Source of the DNA: Candidatus Acidiferrales bacterium
Lineage (GTDB): Bacteria > Acidobacteriota > Terriglobia > Acidiferrales > UBA7541
NCBI GenBank assembly: GCA_035710585.1
Contig: DASTCZ010000055.1
Location: forward strand, 1-55,758
Length of the DNA stretch: 55,758 nt
Direction: 5' to 3'
Part shown: positions 45,842 through 55,758 of the stretch, piece by piece
Position numbering within the stretch: position 1 is the first letter of the stretch
Layout: each line of letters opens with the position of its first letter
The notes under the pieces: model-generated
The model's database searches: none
Told to the model about the DNA's origin: nothing
Seen by the model: the letters and a program-made list of their open reading frames with translations, nothing else
Position numbers and translations under genes: made by a program

Positions 45842-48502
45842 GTGAGAATCCTGCGCGGACTCTTCGTTCGTCTCGCCTCGCTTTTCTCCGGCAAATCACG
45901 CGACCGCGAATTCGCCCGCGAACTCGAATCCCACATCGCGCTGCACACGGACGAAAACCTCCGCGCCGGTCTTTCCATTCGCGAAGCTCGCCGCGAAGCG
46001 CTCCTGAAGCTCGGCGGCATCGAGCAGGCCCGCGACTTCACGCGTTCACAACGAGGTGTTCCCATGATCGAAAGTTTTCTTCAGGATTTGCGCGTCTCTC
46101 TTCGCACGCTCCGCAAAAATCCCGGCTTTACTGCCGTCGCCATTCTCACCCTCGCCCTCGGCATCGGCGCCAACGCCGCAATTTTCAGCGTCATCGACGC
46201 CATGCTTCTCCGCGCGCTTCCGTATCCCGCTCCCGAACGCATGGTCCACGTCGATTGGAGCTTCGAAAAAGCAGTTTCGCCGGCGGTCAGCGCCCCCGAA
46301 TACATGTTTCTCCGCGACCACGCCCGCTCCTTCGAAGCCCTCGCCATCGCCGACCTCTCGGGCTCCGGTGCGAATCTCAGCGCCGGCAGCCATCCCGAAT
46401 TCGTCCACAACACTCACGTCACCGCAAGTTTCTTCGAACTTCTCGGCACAAACGCTTTTCTCGGCCGCACCTTCACCACCGACGACGAGCGCCCTTCCGC
46501 TCCCAATGTCGCCATTCTCAGCCACGGCTTCTGGCAATCGAGCTTCGGCGGCGATTCGCAGATTCTCGGCCGCCGCCTCATCATGGATTCTGCCGAATTC
46601 ACTATCATCGGCGTGCTGCCCTCCACCTTCGAGTTTTCTAATCCTTCCGATGTGTGGACGCCCGTCCAACTCACTCCCGGAAAAGTGGAGCAGATTCACA
46701 AATACTCGATGATCGCGCGCCTTCGCTCCGGCACCACCATCGAACAAGCGCGCAACGAAATGCCCGGCCTTCTCGCGCAAATGCGCGCCACCGATCCCGG
46801 CAACACCACCCCCGCCGATCGCGGCCCGCTCCTCACCGCGTATCACGATTGGCTCGTCGGCCAGGTCAGCACGATGCTCTGGATTCTCTTCGGCGCCGTC
46901 GGACTGATCCTGCTCATCGCCGCGGTCAACGTCACCAGCCTCTTGCTCGCGAAAACTTCCGCGCGTGTCAAGGAACTCGCTATGCGCTCTGCCCTCGGTG
47001 CCACGCGCCTCCGCCTCCTTCAGCAACTCGTCAGCGAAAGCGTGACGATCGCCATCCTAGGTGGCATCGCCGGACTCGCCGTGGCTTCCGCCACTCTGCG
47101 CCTCGTGCTTGCCTCCGCGCCCAAATCTCTCTTCGGCGGAGTCTTTCCATTCCTATCCTTTCAGCAGCAGATGAGGCTCACCGGCCCCGTCTTGCTCTTC
47201 GCCTTCGGAATCGCTTTGCTGACTGGCGTGCTCATCGGAATTTTCGCCTCGCTTCGCGCTACCCGCGTCGATCTAAATGACGCGCTCAAGACCGGCACGC
47301 CCGCGTCAACCGCTAGCCGCCACCGCGCACATCGCGTCTTGATCGTCACCGAATTTGCCCTCTCGGTTGTCCTGCTCGCCGGAGCGGTTCTGCTCATCCG
47401 CACGCTCCATGAACTGCAATCCGTCTCGCTCGGGTTCCAGCCCGATCATCTCTGGAGCGTCGAATTCTCCATGCCCCTCACGCGCCACGCGAGCACAGCG
47501 GAGAAAGCAAATTTCGAGCGCCAGATCATCGAAAATGTTTCACGCATTCCGGGTGTGCAGTCAGCCGCAGTCACAGGCTCGCCACTGCTCCAGCCTGGAA
47601 TGTTCGATATGGCCGCCAAGCCCGGAGCCCCGCCCAGCGCAGCGGCGCTGATCCAATATCACGCCGAGAGTTCCGGGGCGTTCGCAACTGTCGGGATCTC
47701 ACTGCTAGCCGGGCGCGCCTTCACCGACGCCGATAGCGCCGCCTCAGCTCCCGTCGCCGTCGTGAATCAGGCGCTCGCCAAACTGCTCTGGCCCAACGCA
47801 GACGCCGTCGGGCAAGACGTGAATTGCATGGACGGCGCTCCGCGCCGCGTGATCGGAGTTGTGGCCAACGCAAAGCAGATGTCCTTGGCGGAATCCTCTC
47901 CATTTCCTGCCGTCTACGTGCCCGCCGCGCAGCAGAACGACAAATTCGCCGCCACATTGAGTTCTGTCTTCCTCACCACCGTCCTGATTCGCGCGCAAAT
48001 TCCTCCGCAAGCTTCCGCCGTCGCGCAAGCCATTGAGGCCGTTGATCCAACCGTCGCTGTCGCCAATTTTCAATCCGTCGATCAGGTCGCCAGCGAATCC
48101 CTCGGCCAGCAAAAATTCCAGGCAGGCCTCCTCGGCGTCTTCGCGTCGCTCGCGCTGCTTCTCGCGGCGGTCGGCACCTACGGAGTGCTCGCGTACGTGC
48201 TTTCGCGCCTCACGCACGAGATCGGCATTCGCATCGCCCTCGGCGCTTCGCGCACTGATGTACTTACGCTCGCCCTGCGTCAGGGAATGATTCCGGTACT
48301 CCTCGGCATCGCCATCGGAATTCCCGGAGCGCTGGCGCTCACTCGCCTGATGTCCACTCTCCTCTATGGCGTCACTTCGAGCGACCCGGTCACCTATGTC
48401 AGCGTGGCGCTAATTCTCGGAGTCGTGGCGATCTGCGCGTGCTATCTGCCCGCGCGCCGCGCCATGCGCGTCGATCCGCTGGTCGCCTTGCGTCACGAAT
48501 AG
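45842..48502 (+). CDS. ADOP-family duplicated FtsX/MacB-like permease, copy 3
   Basis: 886 aa with a GTG start. It has the N-terminal motif [25 protein letters not shown] and a duplicated FtsX architecture. Confidence 0.85.
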   Translation: MRILRGLFVRLASLFSGKSRDREFARELESHIALHTDENLRAGLSIREARREALLKLGGIEQARDFTRSQRGVPMIESFLQDLRVSLRTLRKNPGFTAVAILTLALGIGANAAIFSVIDAMLLRALPYPAPERMVHVDWSFEKAVSPAVSAPEYMFLRDHARSFEALAIADLSGSGANLSAGSHPEFVHNTHVTASFFELLGTNAFLGRTFTTDDERPSAPNVAILSHGFWQSSFGGDSQILGRRLIMDSAEFTIIGVLPSTFEFSNPSDVWTPVQLTPGKVEQIHKYSMIARLRSGTTIEQARNEMPGLLAQMRATDPGNTTPADRGPLLTAYHDWLVGQVSTMLWILFGAVGLILLIAAVNVTSLLLAKTSARVKELAMRSALGATRLRLLQQLVSESVTIAILGGIAGLAVASATLRLVLASAPKSLFGGVFPFLSFQQQMRLTGPVLLFAFGIALLTGVLIGIFASLRATRVDLNDALKTGTPASTASRHRAHRVLIVTEFALSVVLLAGAVLLIRTLHELQSVSLGFQPDHLWSVEFSMPLTRHASTAEKANFERQIIENVSRIPGVQSAAVTGSPLLQPGMFDMAAKPGAPPSAAALIQYHAESSGAFATVGISLLAGRAFTDADSAASAPVAVVNQALAKLLWPNADAVGQDVNCMDGAPRRVIGVVANAKQMSLAESSPFPAVYVPAAQQNDKFAATLSSVFLTTVLIRAQIPPQASAVAQAIEAVDPTVAVANFQSVDQVASESLGQQKFQAGLLGVFASLALLLAAVGTYGVLAYVLSRLTHEIGIRIALGASRTDVLTLALRQGMIPVLLGIAIGIPGALALTRLMSTLLYGVTSSDPVTYVSVALILGVVAICACYLPARRAMRVDPLVALRHE

Positions 48503-48674
48503 CCGCCGCGGCAGCCGCTCATCGATCCGCGCTGCCGCAGCGGCCACTCCTGGCATTCAGTAATTGCCAGCCGCAAACTCGCCGACTATACTCACCATCC
48601 GAAATCCCTCTCTCCTTAATCAAGAAATAGCGGCTAGGAATCGGCTGGCCGTGGCAAAAGAGGTGTCCGTATTT

Positions 48675-51416
48675 ATGGCGCGCAATAGGATCTCCCGGAG
48701 CGCCTTGCTTTGTGCCGTTCTCGCCGCAGTTTTGTCTCCCTGCTTTGCCCAACAGCAGCAACAAAATTCCTCCGCGCCTGCGTCCCCCGGTGCGCAATCC
48801 ATTCCTTCGAATGATCCGCGCGCGCAAATCGACGAACTCTTGAAGCAGTCGTTTAACCAGATCAACGTAGAAGTACAGTTTCAGAAAGCTGCCGAATCCG
48901 CTCAGCAAGCGCTCGATCTCAGCTTGAAAATCGGCGACAAAGCCCGCGCCTGCACGGCCATGGTGTATCTCTCCGCGGCCTATGGTTATGGCGGCCGCCT
49001 CGCTGAGTCTTACGAAATCACAGAGAAGCTCGTAGTTCTGGCGCGTGAGACCGGCGATTCGAAAATCCTCGAGCAAGCCCTGAATTCCGCCGGTGGGACC
49101 GCGGGTGGGTTGGGCCGATATGAGGACGCCCTGAAATATTTGTACGAATGTCTCGCAGTCGCGCGTAACAGCAAAGACGAAACCATGGAGTACATGTCTC
49201 TGCTGAACATCGGCGAAGCCTATGTCGATTCTGGGGATCCTGATCGCGCCGAGTCGCCGCTCAAACAGTCCTTGGCGCTCGCAGCCCAGCTGAAACCCGA
49301 TCCGAAGCAGAGCAACAAATCAAAAAAGGGCACGGAGATGGCGCTTCTGAATCTCGGCAGCATGGAAGCCGAGCGCCGCCGCTATCGCCCTGCGCTGGCA
49401 TATTACGAGCGCGTTCACGCCAGCCAACCGGAGAGCCAGTTGTGGGTCATCGCCGCGCTTCAGGGCATGGCTGACGCGCATGAACATCTCGCCGAACCAA
49501 AAGTCGCGATCGAACTCCTGCAACAGGCCATTCCTCTGGCAGAGAAGGCGGCTAGCGGCGCGCAAGTCGTGCGGCTCACTAGCCAGCTCGGCGTCAATCA
49601 GGAAATGGTGGGAGACCTGAATTCGGCGCTCGCCTCGCAACAGCATGCTCTGTCTCTCGTGCACCAGCGTGGCGGAGATCCTGACTTTGAGTGGCAGATC
49701 GACGGCCGCATCGGCCGCGTCCAGCGCGCGCTCGGACGCAACGACGAAGCGCTCGAAGCGTACCGGAACTCAATCGCCAGAATCGAAATGCTCCGCTCCG
49801 TTGCCGTTAGCACCGAAGAGGGGCGCGCCGGTGTTCTCGAAAGGAGCCGAGCGACGTATGCAGAGATCGCGGACTTGCTCTTCGATATGCATCGCGAAGC
49901 TGAAGCGCTCGAAATCGCTGAGCGAGCGCGCGCGCGCGCGTTTTTGGAAGTGCTCGCGGAATCGCGCGGCGGCGTTGACGAAGACCTCGGCGCCGAGCAG
50001 CACAAACAGGAAGATTCCATCCTCGCCCGAATTTCCGCTGCTCAGAAACAGCTATGGAAAGAAAATGCTTCGCCTGAAGAAAGGAAACAAAGCGAAGCTT
50101 CGCTCACCGCTGCAGAAACCGAGCTCGAAAATTTCCAGCGCGAGCTCCGCCGCACAAATCCTCGCTACGCTTCGGTGCGCTATCCCCAGCCCGCGGACAT
50201 TGCGGAGATCCAGAGCAAACTGCTGCAAGAAAACTCGGTCTTCGTCGAATTCCTTCTCGGCGAAAAACGCTCGCTGGCCTGGGCCGTCACGAAAGACCAC
50301 GTCACTACGGTCGTCCTTTCTCCGCGACACGAATTGGAAAGCGATTCGGCCAACTATCGGAAGCTCTTAAGCCGGGGAGTTTCGACGCTCACCCTTCAGT
50401 CTTCTCTCTCTGAATTGAATGTGCTTGGCGCGAAATTGTACCGCTCGCTTCTGCAGCCGCTCGCGCCGGCGATTGGCTCGCGCCAAACGATCCTGCTCGT
50501 GCCGGATGGCGGCCTCCAATATCTTCCCTTCGAAGCATTGATCACCGACCCCGGGCGAGGACCGAAAGGGAGTGGCCCCAGGTATCTCGCTGAAAAAGCG
50601 ATCATCACCTACGGTCCATCCGCCTCCGCGCTTCTCGCCGTCGGCGAGATCAATCGCGCGCATCAGCAGCCGCCGAAAACGCTCGTGGCGTTTGGCGATC
50701 CTGTTGTGCCGTCACATCCCGCAACAGGCGCGAGCCATGTCATTGCTTCGGTTAAGGCTTCGTCCTTGCGTGCCATTGATTTGCCTCCTGCCACCGATCT
50801 ATCCGAGCGCGGATTTTCTCTCACGCCGCTCCCCTACACGCGCCAGGAAGTTCTCGCCATCGGCAGTCTCTTTCCTGCCGCGCAGCGCCGGTTGTTTCTC
50901 GGCCGCGAAGATCGCGAAGAAGCCGTCAAGTCCGAAAAGTTGGACGATTACCGCTACATTCACTTTGCCAGCCACGGCTTGATGGACGAGCTCAGACCCG
51001 GCCGCTCCGGAATTCTTTTTTCGCCCTCGCTGTCCTCGTCCGAGCCCGGCTTCCTGCAAGTCAACGACATCCTGCATCTGAAGCTCAACGCCGATCTCGT
51101 AACTCTGTCCGCGTGCAGCACTGGTCTCGGCCGGTTGGTCAGTGGAGAAGGAATCCTCGGTCTCACGCGCGCGTTCTTCTATGCAGGCGCGCGCAATGTC
51201 GTCGTCAGCTTGTGGAATGTCAACGACTCAGCCACCGCCGTGCTGATGAAGGAATTCTACGCAAACCTGAATCGCGGCCTGGACGAAAAAACCGCTCTGC
51301 AGCAAGCGAAATTGCGCATGCTTCGAAACGCCAATCCCTTGTGGCGCCATCCCTATTATTGGGCGCCCTTCGTGCTCGTCGGCGAAGGAAAACCGGGATC
51401 CGGGCAAGCGCACTGA
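48675..51416 (+). CDS. Exported TPR-repeat / CHAT-domain protein with intact His/Cys dyad
   Basis: I place the start at the ATG at 48675. The signal peptide is MARNRISRSALLCAVLAAVLSPCFAQ, followed by a Gln-rich linker and then TPR-like repeats. The CHAT domain contains LLVPDGGLQYLPFEAL, YIHFASHG (His) and LVTLSACSTG (Cys). Confidence 0.82.
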   Translation: MARNRISRSALLCAVLAAVLSPCFAQQQQQNSSAPASPGAQSIPSNDPRAQIDELLKQSFNQINVEVQFQKAAESAQQALDLSLKIGDKARACTAMVYLSAAYGYGGRLAESYEITEKLVVLARETGDSKILEQALNSAGGTAGGLGRYEDALKYLYECLAVARNSKDETMEYMSLLNIGEAYVDSGDPDRAESPLKQSLALAAQLKPDPKQSNKSKKGTEMALLNLGSMEAERRRYRPALAYYERVHASQPESQLWVIAALQGMADAHEHLAEPKVAIELLQQAIPLAEKAASGAQVVRLTSQLGVNQEMVGDLNSALASQQHALSLVHQRGGDPDFEWQIDGRIGRVQRALGRNDEALEAYRNSIARIEMLRSVAVSTEEGRAGVLERSRATYAEIADLLFDMHREAEALEIAERARARAFLEVLAESRGGVDEDLGAEQHKQEDSILARISAAQKQLWKENASPEERKQSEASLTAAETELENFQRELRRTNPRYASVRYPQPADIAEIQSKLLQENSVFVEFLLGEKRSLAWAVTKDHVTTVVLSPRHELESDSANYRKLLSRGVSTLTLQSSLSELNVLGAKLYRSLLQPLAPAIGSRQTILLVPDGGLQYLPFEALITDPGRGPKGSGPRYLAEKAIITYGPSASALLAVGEINRAHQQPPKTLVAFGDPVVPSHPATGASHVIASVKASSLRAIDLPPATDLSERGFSLTPLPYTRQEVLAIGSLFPAAQRRLFLGREDREEAVKSEKLDDYRYIHFASHGLMDELRPGRSGILFSPSLSSSEPGFLQVNDILHLKLNADLVTLSACSTGLGRLVSGEGILGLTRAFFYAGARNVVVSLWNVNDSATAVLMKEFYANLNRGLDEKTALQQAKLRMLRNANPLWRHPYYWAPFVLVGEGKPGSGQAH

Positions 51417-51545
51417 GGATTGCGCCGAGCAGATAGAACTAAAGTCGAACATCCTTGACGTGGAAGCCGCAACGGGACTAGCTTGCTTCCACTATCCCGA
51501 GGGGAACCAAGAGCCCTCAAAAATCCAACCAGCAGGAGATCGCCC

Positions 51546-51869
51546 ATGATTTCTCGCATCGTCAGCTGCACCATCGCCCCCGCGAAAGTTTCCGACTTCA
51601 AAGCCGCGCTCAACAACGAATTTCTGCCGCGCATCCAGGCGCTGCCGGGGTTTATCGAAAATATCGAATCTCTCGATCCTGCCTCTGGGCAATTCAGCTG
51701 CGTCACGGTCTGGAAATCGCAGGCCGACGTCGAAAATTACGATAAGGGATTGTTCCAGGAAGTGGCAACCGCGATTACGCCGCTGCTGAAAGACGGCCCA
51801 TCGATCGCCACTCTGCCCGTAGAAAATTCTTCCGTTCACAACATCAAGGCCGGCGCGGCTGCGGCATAA
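51546..51869 (+). CDS. ABM/Dabb-like (antibiotic biosynthesis monooxygenase fold) small protein
   Basis: I place the start at the ATG at 51546, behind AGGAGA. The protein is 107 aa. The sequence FKAALNNEFLPRIQALPGFIE...VTVWKSQADVENY fits the ferredoxin-like ABM pattern. Confidence 0.5.
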   Translation: MISRIVSCTIAPAKVSDFKAALNNEFLPRIQALPGFIENIESLDPASGQFSCVTVWKSQADVENYDKGLFQEVATAITPLLKDGPSIATLPVENSSVHNIKAGAAAA

Positions 51870-51903
51870 ATCCGTCGGCGTACGTCGCAACTAAATTCGA
51901 GAT

Positions 51904-52668
51904 TTGCTTTTCGGCGCGGTCCTCGCAGCAGCTCGCAGGTCCGCGCCGGTTTTCATATATGCTCGGAGCGTGCAAAGCGACGTAATCACGCTCGGAGTTC
52001 TCTGGTACATCGCCTTTCTTTTTTCCACGGTATGCCACGAAGGTTCGCACGCGCTCGTCGCCAAATGGGGCGGCGATCTCACCGCGTTTCACGGAGGCCA
52101 GGTCTCCCTCAATCCCGTTCCGCATATCCGCCGCGAGCCGTTTGGACTCGTCCTCGTCCCAATCCTTTCCTATGCGCTCGGCGGATGGATGATCGGCTGG
52201 GCTAGCGCGCCATACAATCCCGAGTGGCGCCGCCGCTATCCTCGCCGCGCCGCATACATGGCGCTAGCGGGTCCCGCGGCAAATTTCATCCTGATGTTGC
52301 TAGCGGCGCTGGCGATCCGAGTGGGAATTTCGACGGGACGATTTCAAGCGCCGGCCAGCGTGAAGTTTTCCCACGTGGTGGAATTGGCCGGTGGCGGCAC
52401 CAATTTTGCCACCACCATCCTGAGCATATTTTTCGCGCTGAATTTGTTGCTCGGCACGTTCAACCTGTTGCCCGTGCCTCCGCTGGACGGAAATACCGGC
52501 ATCACAATTTTCATGAGCGATGAAGCCGCGATTCGCTTCGTGGATTGGACCCGCTCAGGCTTTGGCTTCCTCGGACTTTTTATCGCCTGGTATGCCTTCG
52601 ATAAATTATTCGATCCCGTCTGGCTGTTCTCTCTCCGCGCGCTCTATCCCGGCGCGGGATATCACTAG
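51904..52668 (+). CDS. M50-family site-2 metalloprotease-like membrane protein
   Basis: It has HEGSHAL (HExxH) within a TM helix, and a second conserved motif FNLLPVPPLDG. The TTG start is uncertain. Confidence 0.8.
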   Translation: MLFGAVLAAARRSAPVFIYARSVQSDVITLGVLWYIAFLFSTVCHEGSHALVAKWGGDLTAFHGGQVSLNPVPHIRREPFGLVLVPILSYALGGWMIGWASAPYNPEWRRRYPRRAAYMALAGPAANFILMLLAALAIRVGISTGRFQAPASVKFSHVVELAGGGTNFATTILSIFFALNLLLGTFNLLPVPPLDGNTGITIFMSDEAAIRFVDWTRSGFGFLGLFIAWYAFDKLFDPVWLFSLRALYPGAGYH

Positions 52669-52696
52669 GCCGCGCGCGGCAAGTTCGAAGCCGGAC

Positions 52697-55141
52697 TTAC
52701 TGATGCTGCGCATCCGCGCGAACCGTGCGAACGCCGTAGACGCCCGAAACCTCATTCCCGGAACCGGAATCGAAGCGCACCGTAATCTTCTGCTTGCCTT
52801 GAATCAGCTGCGGCGGCAGCGCATACGTCACGTCGAAATACTTCGCGTCCTGATCCGGCGTGCGCCGCTCGCAAGCCTGTTCTCCCACCTTCTGCCCTTC
52901 GACCAGCACCTGAAACGTGCAATTCGTCCGCGCGTCGTTGCTGTAGGTCACCACGAGATTCATCGCGCGCGAAGAATCCACCGGCAGATCGAATGAAAAC
53001 CACGCGCCCTGAGAACCATTCGCTTCGGTCTTAAACGCGCGCCGTCCGAAGTGTCCCGGAATCTGCGTCGGCTGGGAGTTTTCTCCCTGTTCGTTGTAGT
53101 CGCGTTCCGTCTGCATCTGCCCCGGCTGCGCGAATCCTACCGTCGCCGCCTCGAGTTTTCTTTGCTGATCCTGCTCGGCGGCGTGCGCATCGGCGATCTT
53201 TTTCCATTCGTCCGGCGTGTAAACGTCCCAATACACGGCGTAACGCCTGCGCGCGATGCGGTAAAACGGCATGAACTCGATATTCTCCGGCGTGCCCACT
53301 CCCACAGTGTGAAATTCGCCGGGCTTGCCGGGATCGGGCGCGAGCCATTTGTCCGCCGTCAGGCTTGCGGGAACCAGCACCGGCGCGGGCGGCGCGGCAT
53401 TTTCTGCGTTGCGGCGGAATTGGATTTCGTCGCCCAGGTCTCCCGCCAATATTAGCCCGCCCCACGCAAGCGCCATGCGATTCGGATTATCGGGCACGGG
53501 TTCTTCGCGAAGAGTTTTCGGCAGTGAAAGCTCGACGGTGTCGCCGCTCTTCCACTTCCGCGTGATCTCGACGTAGGAATCCGCCGCGGGCAGGTCTTTC
53601 ACCGCCTTGCCATTCACCTTCACGCTGAAACCATTCGTCGCCCAATACGGCCGCCGCAGCGCGATCGTGAATTGCTTCGCTGAATTCGGCGTAACCTTCA
53701 AAGTTGCCGTTTCGCCCTCGGGCAAATCGGTCTGCATTTCCAGCTGCACGCCCTCCGATTCCCAATTCGCGTGCGTCGGCGCATAGAGATTCACCCACAG
53801 TTTTCCCGCCGACTCGAAATAAATTCCCGCGCCATTGAGCGCGTAGCTTTCCATGCTCGAGCCCACGCAGCAGGTAAAGCTGCGATACATGTCCTGCCAT
53901 TCGTGCTGCACCCCGCGGCCCACGTTCACCATGTAGCACGTGCGTCCGTCCTTGGGATCCTGCGAGGCGAGTATATGGTTGTAGATAGCGCGCTCCTGAT
54001 AATCGGCGTAGCGCACGTCCGGATTCACGCAGAAAAGCTCGCGCGCGTATTTCAGCATGTTGTACACGTTGCAGTTTTCCGCCGTGCGTCCATCGACCAT
54101 GTTGCTGAGTTTTCCCGGTTGGCCGTAATACTCATTGCGGCCCTGCCCGCCCGTCGCAAATGTGTGTTTTGTAGCGGTCTCGTCCCAAAAATATTTCGCG
54201 GCATCGCCGTCGGTCTCGTCGCCGGTATAGACGTAGCGCGAAAGCTCGCCGATCATTTTCGGCACGAGCGTGTTGGCGTGCTTGCCGCCCACGATGTCTT
54301 GCTGCTTCGAGAGCGGATCGATGATGGCCTTGTGCTCGAATTTGTCCGAAAGCGCTAGCCAACGCTTGTCGCCGGTATCGGCGTAAAGATCGGCGGTAAC
54401 TTCGTTCATTCCGCCGAATTCCGTGGCGAGCATTTTCTGGATTTGTGCGTCGTCCAGCGGCGCGACGATTTTTTCCGCCCACGCGGCAAACTTGATTTCC
54501 ACGTCGAGAGCCGTCTTGTTTCCCGTATACCTGTAGGCGTCGCGCAGACCGGCAAAAATTTTGTGCTCCACGTACCACGGCGACCACAATCCATTCAGAT
54601 CGAATCCGCCCGATCGAATCACTCCCTTCGACAGGTCCTCGAAGCGCGTCTTTCCATCTACATTCTGATTGTCCATCAGCGCGCCGATGTATCCGTCGCC
54701 CTGCTTGTCCTGCACAGCTTTCAGCTGCTCAACCATATAGTCCGCGCGCTGCTTGAAGCGCTCGTCTCCGGTCGCCGCATACATAATGCTCACGCCCGAA
54801 AGGTAATGCCCCGCGATATGGCCGGTCAGCTGGCGCCCCGCGCCGTCCCATCCGCCGTAAGGTTCTGCTGTTGTTGGAAGTCCGGCGCGCTGGCGGAGAA
54901 AAGAAAGCATGCGATCGGGCTCCAGCTTCAGCAAATAATCCGCATCGAGATCCTGCGAATGTTTTAGCGGGCCGCCCGTCAACCGCACATCCTTCAGGGG
55001 CAGCTCATGCGCCTTGAAAATTTTCTCCTCGGAGGCGATCGCGGGATTCACCGGAGCGGAGCTCCAGCCGCGAGAAAACAGCAGGCACGATCCCTGAACG
55101 CAGAGAATCACAGCGCCTGCGGCGTAAATCAGCTTTTTCAT
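52697..55141 (-). CDS. Glycoside hydrolase family 127 (beta-L-arabinofuranosidase-like, DUF1680) with extra C-terminal domain
   Basis: I place the start at the ATG at 55139-55141 (MKKLIYAAGAVILCVQG, a signal peptide), not at the track start 55393. The motifs GGKHANTLVPKMIG and the Cys-rich FTCCVGSSMESYA are typical of GH127. Confidence 0.78.
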   Translation of the reverse strand: MKKLIYAAGAVILCVQGSCLLFSRGWSSAPVNPAIASEEKIFKAHELPLKDVRLTGGPLKHSQDLDADYLLKLEPDRMLSFLRQRAGLPTTAEPYGGWDGAGRQLTGHIAGHYLSGVSIMYAATGDERFKQRADYMVEQLKAVQDKQGDGYIGALMDNQNVDGKTRFEDLSKGVIRSGGFDLNGLWSPWYVEHKIFAGLRDAYRYTGNKTALDVEIKFAAWAEKIVAPLDDAQIQKMLATEFGGMNEVTADLYADTGDKRWLALSDKFEHKAIIDPLSKQQDIVGGKHANTLVPKMIGELSRYVYTGDETDGDAAKYFWDETATKHTFATGGQGRNEYYGQPGKLSNMVDGRTAENCNVYNMLKYARELFCVNPDVRYADYQERAIYNHILASQDPKDGRTCYMVNVGRGVQHEWQDMYRSFTCCVGSSMESYALNGAGIYFESAGKLWVNLYAPTHANWESEGVQLEMQTDLPEGETATLKVTPNSAKQFTIALRRPYWATNGFSVKVNGKAVKDLPAADSYVEITRKWKSGDTVELSLPKTLREEPVPDNPNRMALAWGGLILAGDLGDEIQFRRNAENAAPPAPVLVPASLTADKWLAPDPGKPGEFHTVGVGTPENIEFMPFYRIARRRYAVYWDVYTPDEWKKIADAHAAEQDQQRKLEAATVGFAQPGQMQTERDYNEQGENSQPTQIPGHFGRRAFKTEANGSQGAWFSFDLPVDSSRAMNLVVTYSNDARTNCTFQVLVEGQKVGEQACERRTPDQDAKYFDVTYALPPQLIQGKQKITVRFDSGSGNEVSGVYGVRTVRADAQHQ

Positions 55142-55357
55142 TGCATGCCCCCGAAAAATTTCAGTGTGAAGGAGCGGAGCGCGGCCGCCTGCGATCCGCC
55201 CGCGCGGCTCGCCCGCGAACACATAATACGCGCGGAGAGGGTCGGAATGAAAGCGCTTGCAGCGCAGCCTGTAGTTCGCGCTCCGGCCCCCAGACGTCGC
55301 ATCCGTTGTTAACGAGCTATCCAGCGGTCGCGTCATGTCAGAATGCAGCGAACGAAG

Positions 55358-55758
55358 ATGCACTTTCTCGCGCCCAAGCGGATAGCTTTGCAACGGGTCT
55401 TTTCTTGGAGGAATGCTTTTCTCGTGTCACTCGCTGGCGCGCTGCTCGCCACTCCTTCGGCGCAACCTCGCCAGGCGCAAGAATCTCAGCGGATCGATTC
55501 GTCCGTTGTACAAAACATTCGTACGGAAGCGATCGAGCATTCGCGCATTCCCGAAACCGCGGAAATCCTAACCGATGAACTCGGCGCTCGCTTAAGCGGC
55601 TCACCGGGTTTGAAACGCGCCGAAGAATGGGTCGTGCGCACGTTGAGCAGCGAAGGAATCGAAGCGCACCTCGAGTCGTGGGGACCATTTGGCCGCGGCT
55701 GGGAATTGACAGAGTTGAGCGCTGCGATGACGAAGCCCGGTTACGCGCCGCTGATCGC
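55358..55758 (+). CDS. M28-family peptidase (partial, 3' end beyond the window)
   Basis: The frame is open to the window edge and is not in the ORF track. The translation is MHFLAPKRIALQRVFSWRNAFLVSLAGALLATPSAQP...IRTEAIEHSRIPETAEILTDELGARLSGSPGLKRAEEWVVRTLSSEGIEAHLESWGPFGRGW. This N-terminal pattern is typical of secreted M28 aminopeptidases. The start is uncertain. Confidence 0.55.
   Translation, partial: MHFLAPKRIALQRVFSWRNAFLVSLAGALLATPSAQPRQAQESQRIDSSVVQNIRTEAIEHSRIPETAEILTDELGARLSGSPGLKRAEEWVVRTLSSEGIEAHLESWGPFGRGWELTELSAAMTKPGYAPLI

Noticed and set aside
45792-45845. A 17-codon micro-ORF ([17 protein letters not shown]) fills the ADOP2-ADOP3 gap and overlaps the GTG start.
   Set aside because: I treat it as a chance ORF. 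It serves as an internal control showing that gap-filling micro-ORFs occur in this DNA, which lowers confidence in the micro-ORFs at 26590 and 29516.
48551-48569. TGGCATTCAGTAATTGCCA upstream of the exported CHAT gene looked like a sigma54 promoter.
   Set aside because: The GG-to-GC spacing is 2 nt too long for a -24/-12 promoter. It remains only a generic TGGCA-N9-TGCCA palindrome of unknown relevance.

Overview
This is a 55.8-kb, high-GC (roughly 60% by eye) chromosomal segment. It most likely comes from an Acidobacteriota genome. The evidence for that is a PadR regulator followed by three tandem ADOP-type 'duplicated orphan permeases', FecR/aromatic-Gly-rich secreted proteins, and large TPR-CHAT proteins. 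All family calls rest on motifs read from the translations; no homology search was run.

I support about 46 protein genes, tRNA-Ser(GGA), tRNA-Gln(TTG) and the small SRP RNA, which sits in the conserved ffs-dnaX-ybaB-recR block.

Other content:
- a sigma54 enhancer-binding response regulator co-transcribed with a PilZ protein
- an NHEJ LigD split into three genes (PE, ligase, polymerase)
- an ExeA-like AAA ATPase
- a secreted S8 peptidase
- a 5-gene peptide-type ABC importer followed by a TPR-CHAT gene and an HD-GYP gene
- trehalase
- a Tat-signal small protein, an amidase and an FAD oxidoreductase
- LutC plus a LutB-LutA fusion
- an M50 site-2 protease, a GH127 enzyme and a partial M28 peptidase

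I found no transposase, integrase, rRNA, CRISPR array or cas genes.

Most interesting leads:
1. The peptide importer operon ends in a cytoplasmic TPR-CHAT protein that appears to lack the catalytic His. It is followed by an HD-GYP c-di-GMP phosphodiesterase, and the operon is divergent from a secreted S8 protease. This could be a peptide-sensing circuit.
2. A near-consensus sigma54 promoter drives a 69-aa orphan gene next to the sigma54 activator-PilZ pair.
3. A signal-less amidase is tightly coupled to a small Tat-signal protein, which suggests Tat hitchhiking.
4. An LMF1-family gene is broken at an A4 homopolymer.
5. The split LigD has no Ku gene in the window.

These are hypotheses from sequence reading and need the stated checks.
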